From positions 186,001-250,000 of the IMG/VR virus record IMGVR_UViG_3300003877_000001: a stretch of DNA of 64,000 nt. The stretch is one strand, 5' to 3'. Positions 48,749 to 59,520 of this stretch are shown here, piece by piece. How positions within the stretch are numbered: the stretch's first letter is position 1; every line of letters starts with the position of its first letter. The translations under genes and the position numbers were made by a program. The notes below the pieces were generated by a model. That model saw only the letters and a list, made by a program, of their open reading frames with translations, ran no database searches and was not told where the DNA came from.

Positions 48749-50146
48749 TTATTTATTAGGTAAATGACCAACATCATCTAAAGATTTTTGTGCCATCATC
48801 ATCATGAGAATTTGAGACATCATATCAGTGCTATTACCACTTTTACCGCTTTCACCAGACATATACATTTGAGGAAGAGTTAGACCGTTAGGACCTGCCA
48901 TTGCTTTAGCAACACCAATTTGAGTTTCTTTCCAAATTTTAGCGGATTCTTGAGGTGTTAAACCTGCTGTTACTAATTTCTTATTAGCATATGCTTCAGC
49001 ATCTTTCTTAACTTTCAATGCTTGAGAATTAAGTTTCTGTGTTTCAAGTGCAATTGCTGCAAGTTCTTTCTTAGTGATTTCCTCTTTTCTTTTAGTTTCG
49101 ATAGCAATAAGAGTTTTCACTTGAGCAAGTTCTTGTGTAACCTTTTCTTTAGCTTTATCTCTTTCACCTTCAGCAACAACACGTTGTTGAGTTGATTTTG
49201 CTGTCTCAATCTTTTGTTGCTCAAGTTGACGTTTTGCCGATTCATCTCTTTGTGCTTCAAGACGTTGCTTAAAGGTTGCTTCTAAATTGATATTATCAAC
49301 AATTACTTGTGAAACAATGATATTGTTTTTAGTTATTTCATGAGGAATTCTTTTTGGAATACCGTTAACCAATACTTTTTCAACTAAGTAACTTGTTTGA
49401 ATTTCTTTAACCATTCTTTGACCTTTAATTTGAATTTCACTAAATATAGTGTCTTTAATTTCAGTCTTTTTCACTACATAAGTTCCACTTTTAAGAGTTT
49501 CTTCAAATGTTTGTCTAAATGATTGTGCAGAACCTGAAATATAATCTTGTGCAGCAAACATATATCCTGTTTGTTTCAACTGTTCCGATATTGTAGGAAT
49601 AAGAGTATTATATACTAAGTTTTCCATTGAACGAAATTCAATTGCCATATCAATAAACGATTGTTTATCGTTAGGTAATTGAAAACGTATTGAAACAATA
49701 CCATTTGCAGTTACTTGATCAATAAAACGAATACCAATTGGAGACATAAGACCTTCAATTTCATCGTATTCTGCATCTTGACCTTCTTCAACTGCCTTAA
49801 CATCAATAAATTGTTGCCAAGGGTCAACACGTGCAAACCATTTAACTTTAATTCCCGGTGACATAATTGCATCAACAGTACCATTAGGATAAACTAACAG
49901 ATATTGATGACCTCTTTCACCATACATAAACAGTCCATCACTTAACATAAGTACTAAACCTAATACCATAACTGCAATAGATTTTAAAGGACTAAACCAT
50001 AACAACATAGGATGTGCAGCACTTTGTACTTCTTTGTCACCCCATCTATTTTCTTCGACTACAACCTCTTCAGTATTTAAAGTAGGTCGGATGATTAACA
50101 TAGCAATCCCTGTTATGATGATCAATATTCCAAATATAATAAACAT
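48749..50146 (-). CDS. SPFH/Band 7 domain membrane protein
   Basis: Two N-terminal TM helices, SPFH-like core, Ala/Glu/Lys-rich coiled coil. Confidence 0.8.
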   Translation of the reverse strand: MFIIFGILIIITGIAMLIIRPTLNTEEVVVEENRWGDKEVQSAAHPMLLWFSPLKSIAVMVLGLVLMLSDGLFMYGERGHQYLLVYPNGTVDAIMSPGIKVKWFARVDPWQQFIDVKAVEEGQDAEYDEIEGLMSPIGIRFIDQVTANGIVSIRFQLPNDKQSFIDMAIEFRSMENLVYNTLIPTISEQLKQTGYMFAAQDYISGSAQSFRQTFEETLKSGTYVVKKTEIKDTIFSEIQIKGQRMVKEIQTSYLVEKVLVNGIPKRIPHEITKNNIIVSQVIVDNINLEATFKQRLEAQRDESAKRQLEQQKIETAKSTQQRVVAEGERDKAKEKVTQELAQVKTLIAIETKRKEEITKKELAAIALETQKLNSQALKVKKDAEAYANKKLVTAGLTPQESAKIWKETQIGVAKAMAGPNGLTLPQMYMSGESGKSGNSTDMMSQILMMMMAQKSLDDVGHLPNK

Positions 50147-50175
50147 AATCTTTAATATTTTTAGTTAAACAAAAT

Positions 50176-50790
50176 TTAATATTTTTTTCTCATTACTCTT
50201 ACAACATCCCATGCATCTAGCAATGCATTATGAGTTACTTCATCAGTGATTTGTGCTCTTTCTAAGCAAGTATTTAATGATGGTATTTCCATATCGTGTT
50301 CAAAATCTATATATAAATTAGCTGGATCAATAGTTCTATGTCCAAAATCTATATATTTTTTTAAGTTAGGTAATTTTTCTAAAAATTGTTTATCAAATGC
50401 ACCGAAGTTTTTACCTGCTACAATAATTTTAATTTGACCATTATCTGCTTTATATCCGTTTGATTCTAAAAAACAATAAAATGATAATGCAAAATCTTGA
50501 GGTAATATGATATTATGTTTTTTTAAATAATTACTTTTTTGTTGAAAAGTATCACCATCAATATGTTTTGGGATTTTTGCTAAAATTTCTAAAATTCTTG
50601 TATTTAGACTTAATGCATATGCACTACCCGATATTCTATTATAATTAAGAATTGCTTTGTATTTTGGTATTTCATCAAAATCTAGTTGTTTATCAGTATC
50701 TTCGATAACTGCCGCAATTTCTAATATTCGATCATTTTCACTATCTAAACCACTTGTTTCGATATCAATACTTAAATATTTAAGTCCCAT
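50176..50790 (-). CDS. DEDD-family 3'-5' exonuclease (DnaQ-like)
   Basis: SIDIETSG, AGKNFGAFD, HNALLDA. Confidence 0.88.
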   Translation of the reverse strand: MGLKYLSIDIETSGLDSENDRILEIAAVIEDTDKQLDFDEIPKYKAILNYNRISGSAYALSLNTRILEILAKIPKHIDGDTFQQKSNYLKKHNIILPQDFALSFYCFLESNGYKADNGQIKIIVAGKNFGAFDKQFLEKLPNLKKYIDFGHRTIDPANLYIDFEHDMEIPSLNTCLERAQITDEVTHNALLDAWDVVRVMRKKY

Positions 50791-50889
50791 TTTTTATTTT
50801 TATTAAAGTTAATATATTAATTTTTGATGCAAATATAATAAATCAATTCTAAAGTTACAAGTTATTTAAAATTTTATTTTTAGCAATTT

Positions 50890-50921
<32 letters not shown>

Positions 50922-50968
50922 GGTATGAAATAATTTAAAAATCAATAGAATAATATTTCATTACTAGT

Positions 50969-51652
50969 TTAGAGCTTATCATATTCAAATTTTTTTAGTT
51001 CTAAATTCAATTTCTGTATTTTGTCTAATCTATCTAGTCGATATCTAGAAATTATATATTTTAATTTATATGAGTATCTTGGATCAGTAGCGTATCCATG
51101 TGAAACAATCGTATCTATCCAATCAAGGTAGTTATCACCTTTAACACCATAGTTCTTTATAATTGCAAAATGCCTTTCAAAGGCATGTTTTTGTGATTTA
51201 ATAAATTGAAATTCGGACTTTATGACGACATATTTACCGTTAATATATTCTTTAGTCTTCGATCTTATTCCCTTACCTTTTATACCAAAAATATTATGTT
51301 TTAATTTATTAGACGTGCCATATCCTGTTTCAATTGCAGCTTGTGAAATTGATATTGATGGTAATGATTTAGCATCTAATGCACCACACATTAAATTCTC
51401 CATAAATTTTTTAGTGAAAGAGGGTCTTGTTATAGTATCTAAATTTAAGTAGAATAATTTATATTCTTCTTCAATTGATTTATTTAAGGTATTTAACTTT
51501 TTTCTATATTCTAAATTTTTAGTCATTTCAGAAAATCTATTATATATTTCAATTGAAATTTCACCTGATACATCTACACCTGATGTCGTAACATGATGTG
51601 GATCTATCATTAAAAATAATATAAGAAATATTATATATATGTTTTTTTTCAT
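50969..51652 (-). CDS. Glucosaminidase/muramidase (GH73, FlgJ-like) with N-terminal TM anchor
   Basis: SQAAIETGYG, HNIFGIKG, GYATDPRY. Confidence 0.88.
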   Translation of the reverse strand: MKKNIYIIFLILFLMIDPHHVTTSGVDVSGEISIEIYNRFSEMTKNLEYRKKLNTLNKSIEEEYKLFYLNLDTITRPSFTKKFMENLMCGALDAKSLPSISISQAAIETGYGTSNKLKHNIFGIKGKGIRSKTKEYINGKYVVIKSEFQFIKSQKHAFERHFAIIKNYGVKGDNYLDWIDTIVSHGYATDPRYSYKLKYIISRYRLDRLDKIQKLNLELKKFEYDKL

Positions 51653-51775
51653 ACACTATGTGTTTACGTAAAATTAAATAAAATTATTACAAAGTTAAGA
51701 CAATTTAATTAGATTCACCATCTTTTTTATAAATTCTTTAATTTCATGTGAATCAACAAATATTGTGTAAGGTGA

Positions 51776-51797
51776 ATATATATATATATATATATAT
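51776..51797. repeat. (AT)11 microsatellite
   Basis: Direct reading. Confidence 0.9.
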
Positions 51798-51916
51798 TGA
51801 ACCCAATACACTGAAAAATATTAATGTTGTTGTTACTGAGAGAAGTAAACTAGCATAGGGCATTAGTAAATTTTTATTTACTAATTCACCGTCATTGTTT
51901 TCTACACCATCATAAT

Positions 51917-52855
51917 TTATTTTTTAGCTTCAAATCTTAATATTCTATTTTCATCGAATGCTGTATTATATCCTTCTTCCCACCATTCTTTCATTTGTTT
52001 TTTATTAAATATCATTGCATTGTTAGATAATTTTCTTGGTAAAAAATATATATTAGTTGTTGTATTTCTTCTATGTGCAAAATATTTTGCTTTCTCAATT
52101 AAATACTCGAATTCAATATCATATCTCATTGCATCAATACTTCTATTTAAATTATCTATTAACGTATATGCATCTCCAACATCATAATTTGGTGTTGGCT
52201 TTATTTTATGTACAATCACATCAATCTCCTTTGCTCCCATTTTAAATACTTCATCCATTGCAACTAATTCGGTTAATCCACCATCAGTCCATTGACCCAT
52301 ATGTGTATTTCCATTTTCATCTGTCCATTCTTTATTACCTAAAGAAGTGTAAAAAGGTGCAGAAGCAGATGCCCACATCCAATCTTTAAAGTCTTCAAAT
52401 GTACTTTTTTGAACATCAAAATAATGTATTTTAGATGGTTTTTCTCTTAAATTTTGAGCACCAACAATAACAATTTTACCTTCATCAATTAATCTATCAT
52501 AATGTTCTTGTTTTACAAAAGCATCAATTGTTTTTCTCATTGCATTAGTTGTAGCTAATGAATTTTTTTTAAACATTAATGAATATATAACTGCAAAAAT
52601 ATTTACCTTACCCTTTTTTGTAATAGGTTTTGGTCTATACCATTTGTGATCAAATATATTTTTATCATTAACAGATGTATAGGCTTCTCTTAAAGCATCA
52701 TGTTCACCTAATGCAGCTAATGGTGACATCATAGCACCAGTAGATATACCTGCAACAATGTCATATTTTTTATCTAATCGTGCAAGTGTACCTACACCAA
52801 ATGCTCCCCATGCACCACCAGTGCTAAGAACTAAACCCTTTTTCACATCAGTCAT
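51917..52855 (-). CDS. Patatin-like phospholipase
   Basis: GGAWGAF glycine-rich loop, GISTG nucleophile elbow, DGG motif. Confidence 0.9.
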   Translation of the reverse strand: MTDVKKGLVLSTGGAWGAFGVGTLARLDKKYDIVAGISTGAMMSPLAALGEHDALREAYTSVNDKNIFDHKWYRPKPITKKGKVNIFAVIYSLMFKKNSLATTNAMRKTIDAFVKQEHYDRLIDEGKIVIVGAQNLREKPSKIHYFDVQKSTFEDFKDWMWASASAPFYTSLGNKEWTDENGNTHMGQWTDGGLTELVAMDEVFKMGAKEIDVIVHKIKPTPNYDVGDAYTLIDNLNRSIDAMRYDIEFEYLIEKAKYFAHRRNTTTNIYFLPRKLSNNAMIFNKKQMKEWWEEGYNTAFDENRILRFEAKK

Positions 52856-52857
52856 AT

Positions 52858-55215
52858 TTATTTATTTTCAAGTATTTTTATTCTTCCTTCTAATTCCTTA
52901 ATAGCTTCAACCAATACTGGAACTAATTCTCTATATTCAACAGTTTTATATAAACCATCATCAAATTGTAAGTTATTATTTACAACTAATGGGAATCTCT
53001 CTTCTACTTCTTGTGCTAATAAACCATATCTTTTCTTACCAACCATAGCTTTTGGTTGCATCTTTTCATTGAATTCATATTCATAACCATTTAATGCAAT
53101 AATACCTTCTAATGGATTTTGAATAGGTTGAATAATTGTCTTCAATCTTCTATCTGAAACTGATGCTTGAGTTACTTTTTTAACTGTTCCAATTCCTGTT
53201 GAACCCGTTTCCCATGTTAATAAATCATTTGCACCACCAGCAGAAGGTGTATTCATTATTGCTAAATTACTTACTGCTGTTGTATTAACATATGTAGCAC
53301 CAGTAAGTTTAATATTATTACCACCAATAATCGTTGCACCACTATTACCAATTTCTATGTTATGATTTCTACCACCTAAGATTGCTGACCAGTTTGCTAA
53401 AGCACCATGACCAGATGTTTGAGAATTTGTATTATATGAGTGATTAAATGCACCATTACCACAAGCATAAATATAATAATTACCATCATAACCAAATCCA
53501 CCAACATGTACACCATCATTTCCTGCACAAGTATATCTACCTTCAGCATGTGATGAAGGTGCAGCAGGAGTTGTTCTTGTTTTATATCCTTCTGTATGTG
53601 AATGACTACCAAATGCATATGTTTGATTACCTTCAGCATGTGATGATGTTGATTGTGCAAAAGTTGATTCACCTTCGGTATGTGATGAAGCACCTAATGC
53701 ACATGTTTGATTACCTTCAGCATGTGAATAATTACCAACTGCTATACTAAAAAATCCTTCAGAATGTGAAGCAGTACCACATGCTTCAGATTGTCTACCT
53801 ATTGCATGTGAACCATGACCACATGCTTTAGTTAAACATCCAAATGCTTGTGAAAAATTACCTAAAGCACAAGTATCTAAACCCATGCCAACAGAATAAT
53901 CACCTTCTACAACACCCAATCTTTTACCTAATGTAAAACTTTGACTTGCTGTTATAAATGTAAATCCAGTATTTGCACCAAATAAACCAGCATTATTAAA
54001 TTGAATTTCTGTATTTGCACCTGCTGGATTCGTTGTACCACCAGTTCCACCTGATAAAGCACTTAAATCTATATTTACATCTCCAAGTCCTTCTGTTCTA
54101 GCTAATGCTAATTGAGCAGAACCGTCTAATGTACCACCAGATACAACTCCATCATTTGTATTAATTGATGCTAAATCAACCGTTACATCTGGTTGACCTT
54201 CTGATCTAGCTAACTCTAATGTGGTTACATTTAAAGTTGCACCAGATACATAAATATCTGTTGTTCCACCTGATAAAGCACTTAAATCTATATTTACATC
54301 TGGTTGACCTTCTGATCTTGCTAATGCTAATTGAGCAGAACCATCTAATGTACCACCAGATACATATATGTCTGTTGCACCTATTGATGCTTTACTAATA
54401 TATTCTATAATACCAGTTGATGTATTTCTTACTAATACTTGATCTGTTGTTGTATTATTAGTTGGTGATGTAATTAATGCTAATTTACCAACACCTGTTG
54501 TATCTATATATGATGTACCAGTTAAATCAATATTACTTCCACCAATGATTGCTGCATTAGTATTACCAACTGCTATATTATTTTGATATCCACCTACAAT
54601 AGCTGAATTATCACTTAAAGCAGTGTTGTTTTTACCTTGTGAGAATGATGCATAACCACAAGCAATTGAACTTTGACCACCAGCATGAGAATAATCACCT
54701 ATTGCAACATTTGAATTTCCTTGAGTTGATGAATATTTACCTTCAACACTAGCACTTCTATTTCCTAATGTAAAACTTTGAGTTGCTTCTACGAATGTAA
54801 AACCACTATTAGCACCTAATGTATTTCCACTACTATTATTATATTGAATTTCGGTAATATTACCAGCAGCATTTGCTTCTGTACCTGCACTAATAATAAT
54901 ATCATCACCAGATGTTGTAATACCAACACTACCTGATGGTAATAAGCGTTTAAATCTTAAAACAGTACCTAAATTATCTTTATAAATTCCAATACCAGTA
55001 CCCACATTAGTACCCGTATTTGCCTCACCACTAGCAGTAGAAGCAGATATTATAAGTTCACTTGTACCGCTTACAACTTCTATTGCACCAGCACCAACTA
55101 ATGATTTGAAATTTAATGTATTAAAGGGATTTACTGAATCGTAAATTGTAGTTCCACTACCTAAATTATTCCCTTTAAATTGTGTTGTTTGTATGTTTAT
55201 TGAAGAATTACTCAT
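52858..55215 (-). CDS. Tail fibre/spike with autotransporter-like head repeats and C-terminal intramolecular chaperone (peptidase S74)
   Basis: Repeated SHAEG-type motifs, internal duplications, SDRRLKT...YGLLAQEVEE...LVPVLVEAIKEL. Confidence 0.85.
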   Translation of the reverse strand: MSNSSINIQTTQFKGNNLGSGTTIYDSVNPFNTLNFKSLVGAGAIEVVSGTSELIISASTASGEANTGTNVGTGIGIYKDNLGTVLRFKRLLPSGSVGITTSGDDIIISAGTEANAAGNITEIQYNNSSGNTLGANSGFTFVEATQSFTLGNRSASVEGKYSSTQGNSNVAIGDYSHAGGQSSIACGYASFSQGKNNTALSDNSAIVGGYQNNIAVGNTNAAIIGGSNIDLTGTSYIDTTGVGKLALITSPTNNTTTDQVLVRNTSTGIIEYISKASIGATDIYVSGGTLDGSAQLALARSEGQPDVNIDLSALSGGTTDIYVSGATLNVTTLELARSEGQPDVTVDLASINTNDGVVSGGTLDGSAQLALARTEGLGDVNIDLSALSGGTGGTTNPAGANTEIQFNNAGLFGANTGFTFITASQSFTLGKRLGVVEGDYSVGMGLDTCALGNFSQAFGCLTKACGHGSHAIGRQSEACGTASHSEGFFSIAVGNYSHAEGNQTCALGASSHTEGESTFAQSTSSHAEGNQTYAFGSHSHTEGYKTRTTPAAPSSHAEGRYTCAGNDGVHVGGFGYDGNYYIYACGNGAFNHSYNTNSQTSGHGALANWSAILGGRNHNIEIGNSGATIIGGNNIKLTGATYVNTTAVSNLAIMNTPSAGGANDLLTWETGSTGIGTVKKVTQASVSDRRLKTIIQPIQNPLEGIIALNGYEYEFNEKMQPKAMVGKKRYGLLAQEVEERFPLVVNNNLQFDDGLYKTVEYRELVPVLVEAIKELEGRIKILENK

Positions 55216-55269
55216 TTCTCTTTGTTTTTCTTTATATATAAATACAAGAAAAGAAAAGAGAATTTAATT

Positions 55270-55803
55270 TTATTTGATTCTTCTTAAATTAATTATCATA
55301 TCGTGAGTTGCAGTTCTATTACCACCAAAGTAAGGATAAAGTAAATAGTGAAACAAAAACCAATCTTTTCGTTTTTTATCTTTAGCTACAATATGGCTAT
55401 TGGGATCATTAAGTTTTTCAAATGTATAAGTGTATGCATCCTCTTCATCTGTAATTGAACAAACAAATTCTTCATTTGGATATACTTCACCCAATACATC
55501 AATATCATCTAATGATCTAACACCATCATTATATGAATATGTCACTATTTGTATTTTTTTACTATCAATACATCTCCAACCTACCCTTCCTGATTGAATA
55601 TGATGAAACCACGTAGTAGAAAATCCATAAAGTTTATTTACATCATAATTATCATTATCACCTAAATCATATAAACATGATTCATCAAATGAACATATAA
55701 ATTTTATTGATTTTTTAAATGTAATATCTAGATGTAAACCTTTGGGGTTGTGTTTATTTTTCTTTATTAAATATTTTTTCATTAAAATAATTGTCGCAAC
55801 CAA
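55270..55803 (-). CDS. Hypothetical protein
   Basis: YDVNKLYGF, LYPYFGGN motifs. Confidence 0.7.
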   Translation of the reverse strand: MVATIILMKKYLIKKNKHNPKGLHLDITFKKSIKFICSFDESCLYDLGDNDNYDVNKLYGFSTTWFHHIQSGRVGWRCIDSKKIQIVTYSYNDGVRSLDDIDVLGEVYPNEEFVCSITDEEDAYTYTFEKLNDPNSHIVAKDKKRKDWFLFHYLLYPYFGGNRTATHDMIINLRRIK

Positions 55804-55997
55804 CTAATAACTGGTGATAAAACTAATGCAATGAAAATAATGAAAAATAAATATATACTTGTTTGACCCCACCAAGTCATTTCTGTAATTGATCTAGCAT
55901 CAGTAAAACCAATTACATCAACAAAACCAATTAGTAAAAAAAAAATACCAATTCCCAATAATACATTTAAATCTAATAATTTTTTTAACCATTTCAT
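55782..55997 (-). CDS. Small membrane protein
   Basis: Two TM helices. Confidence 0.65.
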   Translation of the reverse strand: MKWLKKLLDLNVLLGIGIFFLLIGFVDVIGFTDARSITEMTWWGQTSIYLFFIIFIALVLSPVISWLRQLF

Positions 55998-56020
55998 AAT
56001 AAATTTCTTTATTATAAATA

Positions 56021-56776
56021 CTACATATTTTTTAATTTATTATAAAGTTCAATTAAAGTATAAATATGTGCTTCTGATTTTACTTTAATCCAAGGCATAA
56101 TTTCATTATCAGTTGCATTCCAATACATATGACTAATACTTTCATTATCAGGAAGTTCATCATATTTTAAATTAAGAAATTCAGCAATTAATTTAAGTGG
56201 CATGTATTCATTACCTGTAAATTTCCATAAATCAAGACTATCAAATATACCATTCTCCCAAGGTTTAGCCATAAGATTGCTTTTAAGAATCTTAGGTATT
56301 TTTATTTCATATTTTAAACCTCTTTTAATTAAAAAGGGTATATCAAATTTTGTGATATTATGACCAAAAATATATCCATCAAGTTTTTTTTGTTGAAAAC
56401 TATTTAAGATATTAAAAAATTTTTTAAGAATTTCACTTTCATCATTATCATTAATGGTAAGAGTATATGTATTTTTTTTATCTGGTTTATAACCACCTAA
56501 TGTTATTGATATTATTTTTGTGAATTCAGCCATGTTACCTGCTCTAGTTAAATATGTATTATCATCTAATACACCAAATCTTTTTTGTGATATATTACTC
56601 CAAATATAAAAAAGTGTTTCATTTTTTTTTTCAAATTGATTAATGTTACTATATTCTGTTGCTGTTTTTACTGTAAAAAACATAGTATCATATATTGATA
56701 TACTATTAAAAATGTGCTTAAATTGATCCATATATTTTTTCTTTTCACAAAGATACAAAGTATTTATATAAAACAC
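56021..56776 (-). CDS. PolB-like 3'-5' exonuclease homolog, apparently catalytically degenerate
   Basis: GHNITKFDIPFL, DSLDLWKF; ExoI DxE position reads TVK. Confidence 0.7.
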   Translation of the reverse strand: MFYINTLYLCEKKKYMDQFKHIFNSISIYDTMFFTVKTATEYSNINQFEKKNETLFYIWSNISQKRFGVLDDNTYLTRAGNMAEFTKIISITLGGYKPDKKNTYTLTINDNDESEILKKFFNILNSFQQKKLDGYIFGHNITKFDIPFLIKRGLKYEIKIPKILKSNLMAKPWENGIFDSLDLWKFTGNEYMPLKLIAEFLNLKYDELPDNESISHMYWNATDNEIMPWIKVKSEAHIYTLIELYNKLKNM

Positions 56777-56783
56777 AACTACG

Positions 56784-57080
56784 ATGAAAAGATTTTTTTA
56801 CGATATTTTAAGGGATAAAGGATCGGTTAAGTTTAGCATAACTAAAGTTTTAGCATTAACATGTTTTATATTCTTTACAGGATATTTAGCATATTATTTA
56901 TTATGGTTAAATAAAGATGTTGATCATACATTAATTGTTGAACTTATTGGTTTTATGTTAACACTACTTGGGTTTAAGAATGGTTGGGGTGTTAATAAAG
57001 AAAAGAAAGGAATCGATACATCAACTACTTTTGAGGCACAAGCTATGGATTCTAAAACCGAGGATGAAGCAGATTTTTAA
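56784..57080 (+). CDS. Putative holin-like membrane protein
   Basis: Two TM helices, charged C-terminus, near lysis genes. Confidence 0.5.
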   Translation: MKRFFYDILRDKGSVKFSITKVLALTCFIFFTGYLAYYLLWLNKDVDHTLIVELIGFMLTLLGFKNGWGVNKEKKGIDTSTTFEAQAMDSKTEDEADF

Positions 57081-57466
57081 TTAAGACTAGTTAATGCTAA
57101 TGGCTGCATATTATTTTCTCTAGTTTTACAAAATAAATAACTTTTACCCCAATCATCAATAAGTAAATGTGTTTCTCCTACAATATTAAACTTTTTAATA
57201 TAAAATTCTATTGGATTTAATGCTTTGGTAAAGCTGATATCATAATCATATATATCTAAACTATCTAATCTATATACATAAGCTAAATTTACAGGTACAA
57301 TCAGATCATCAATTAAAACATTAACAATATATGTAACATAATGTTGACTTGAGGTGAACATTATTTTTTTTATAATACCAATTTTATTATTGATTTCTAC
57401 GAAATCTTTACCACATAAACCACTAATTAAAACTTTATCCCCAATTTCAATATTTGTATCTACCAT
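57077..57466 (-). CDS. Hypothetical protein
   Basis: ORF on coding strand. Confidence 0.6.
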   Translation of the reverse strand: MVDTNIEIGDKVLISGLCGKDFVEINNKIGIIKKIMFTSSQHYVTYIVNVLIDDLIVPVNLAYVYRLDSLDIYDYDISFTKALNPIEFYIKKFNIVGETHLLIDDWGKSYLFCKTRENNMQPLALTSLN

Positions 57467-57849
57467 CCCATTAAAAACTCAAAAAATATTCTAATCCAAG
57501 ATTTATTATAATCTTGTGCTTTTATATAATAACTATTAACTTCTTCAATGGACATGTCATATAGGTATTTTGATCTAACAAGCTTTTCTTTTGTTTTATC
57601 TATGATGAAATCAATCATATTTAATCTTTCTTGTTCTTTTAACTTATTTTTATTGTCGATTTCTTCTAGATATTGCACACCCATTCTTTCAATCTCTCTT
57701 GCAATTCTATTTTTTTTTTGTTCAGTTTGTTCTCTTTCTTGTCTTTCATAATCAGACAATTGACGATATAAATCACTAGTTGTTGCTAGTGACTCTGTTT
57801 CATTTTGTGAATCGGGATCTATTTTAATTTTTTTTGTTGTAACAGTCAT
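57460..57849 (-). CDS. Hypothetical coiled-coil protein
   Basis: ORF in run. Confidence 0.7.
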   Translation of the reverse strand: MTVTTKKIKIDPDSQNETESLATTSDLYRQLSDYERQEREQTEQKKNRIAREIERMGVQYLEEIDNKNKLKEQERLNMIDFIIDKTKEKLVRSKYLYDMSIEEVNSYYIKAQDYNKSWIRIFFEFLMGW

Positions 57850-58328
57850 TATGATAGTTTTTGGGCTAATTCATCATCATCTATAAATTCATTACTATCA
57901 TTTAATAAATTAACTTTTTTTTTTGAAATCTTTTCTTCTTGGATTTCACAATCAAGTGAAGAATTTTTATATTTTTCTATTTTTTCATCAAACTCTAAAA
58001 TTTGATTTTCTATTTCTTTCTTTTTATCTTCAAGCTGTTTATCAAACTCTGCTTGCATATCTGTTATTCTTTGATTTGTTTCAATAACTTTATTCACATA
58101 AACCACTAAATCATCAACACTAACTTCATCATGTTTCCCAGAAATAATTACCATCAATCCCGAATCACCTTCAATACTAATATCGCAATTAATGTCCTCT
58201 GTTGATTTAAAAACCCAATTTTTTCTAAAACCAACTTCTAATTCGTATTTACCTGTTTCAATATTTCTACTGATTGACATCAAGTATCCGTCTAATTTTC
58301 CTAATATTCTTTCTAAAGTATTTTCCAT
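57849..58328 (-). CDS. Hypothetical coiled-coil protein
   Basis: ORF in run. Confidence 0.7.
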   Translation of the reverse strand: MENTLERILGKLDGYLMSISRNIETGKYELEVGFRKNWVFKSTEDINCDISIEGDSGLMVIISGKHDEVSVDDLVVYVNKVIETNQRITDMQAEFDKQLEDKKKEIENQILEFDEKIEKYKNSSLDCEIQEEKISKKKVNLLNDSNEFIDDDELAQKLS

Positions 58329-58331
58329 AAT

Positions 58332-58526
58332 TTAAAATATGTTTGTCAATATATAACTAATCGCTATAAGTAATATAGATTTTTCCACATTACTTATTGC
58401 GAATTTAGTTTCATTACCGAATTTAAATCGACCAACTAATTTAGTTAAAAAATTTATTACAACAAATATAATATAAATTATTGATAATAAAAATCCAAAT
58501 TGTGATAATTCATTAAGTATTTCCAT
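58332..58526 (-). CDS. Small membrane protein
   Basis: Two TM helices. Confidence 0.65.
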   Translation of the reverse strand: MEILNELSQFGFLLSIIYIIFVVINFLTKLVGRFKFGNETKFAISNVEKSILLIAISYILTNIF

Positions 58527-58528
58527 TT

Positions 58529-58894
58529 TTATTCTGAATGTGTTTGTCCTTGTTGATTTAATTTACCTAATGGTGCTTCATCATTTGAAGCATCTTCTAC
58601 AATATTTGTAGGTATTGATTCTTTTTGTGTGGGTTCTTCATTACCAATTATTGGTTCACTAGGTGCAGGTACTTGAACTTGTGGTGTTGTATCTACAAAT
58701 ATTGCATCAACTAAACTAATTTTATTTTCAATTTCAACCATTTCACCTGCTAATTCAATAATTGCCTCAACCTTTTCTCTTTGACTTAATGAGACATCAT
58801 CAACTCTTTGTTTTAATTCATCTTGTGCGTAATACTTTTGATTTCTAAGTTCATTAAGAACATCAGTTTTTAACCTTAATACATCATTTGCCAT
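58529..58894 (-). CDS. Hypothetical protein
   Basis: ORF in run. Confidence 0.7.
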   Translation of the reverse strand: MANDVLRLKTDVLNELRNQKYYAQDELKQRVDDVSLSQREKVEAIIELAGEMVEIENKISLVDAIFVDTTPQVQVPAPSEPIIGNEEPTQKESIPTNIVEDASNDEAPLGKLNQQGQTHSE

Positions 58895-59003
58895 AATTTC
58901 TTTTCTTTTTAAATTTAATTATAATTTTTTATATTTTTTTATAAGTTATTTATAAATACTACACTTTTATAAAAAACATAAAAAAATAATAATTAAATTT
59001 AAA

Positions 59004-59495
59004 TTAAAACACTTCTTCTTCAATATGCTTTTTATGAAGTGATTTATCAAAGATTTGATATAATTCTATTAAGACATCTAATTTGTTTTTGGATTTATTT
59101 GATTTATTATGACTAAATATATCATTCCACAATTTTTTATAATGATTAATTGTTTGTGGTTTATTTAATCTATAAAATTGGTCATAATAATATCCTAAAA
59201 AATAATTATAAAGTTCATCGTTACCATAAAAATCAATTTCTTGATCGTAAAATTCTTCTAATACTTTACCAAAACACCAATTATAATGTCCAATTATATC
59301 ATATTTTGTATTAATATAATCCTTACCTAAATAAGTGTCAAAAATATGGTGCAATAGGTTAATTGAAAAGTCTCCATATAAATCTACACGTTCTTTTAAT
59401 ATGTTTTGTGATTTAATTTTTTTCACTATTTCAAATTCTTTTATTAGATTTTCCTCATTAAGGTTTTCTTCTAATTCTGTTCTTCCCATATTCAT
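59004..59495 (-). CDS. Hypothetical protein
   Basis: ORF on coding strand. Confidence 0.7.
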   Translation of the reverse strand: MNMGRTELEENLNEENLIKEFEIVKKIKSQNILKERVDLYGDFSINLLHHIFDTYLGKDYINTKYDIIGHYNWCFGKVLEEFYDQEIDFYGNDELYNYFLGYYYDQFYRLNKPQTINHYKKLWNDIFSHNKSNKSKNKLDVLIELYQIFDKSLHKKHIEEEVF

Positions 59496-59520
59496 AATAT
59501 TAAAGATATGAAAATTTATT

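Noticed and set aside
54040-54370. Nucleotide repeats within the tail-fibre gene as a diversity-generating retroelement or shufflon
   Set aside because: They are in-frame protein repeats (GGTLDGSAQLALAR...DLSALSGG); no RT, template/variable pair or invertase was seen.
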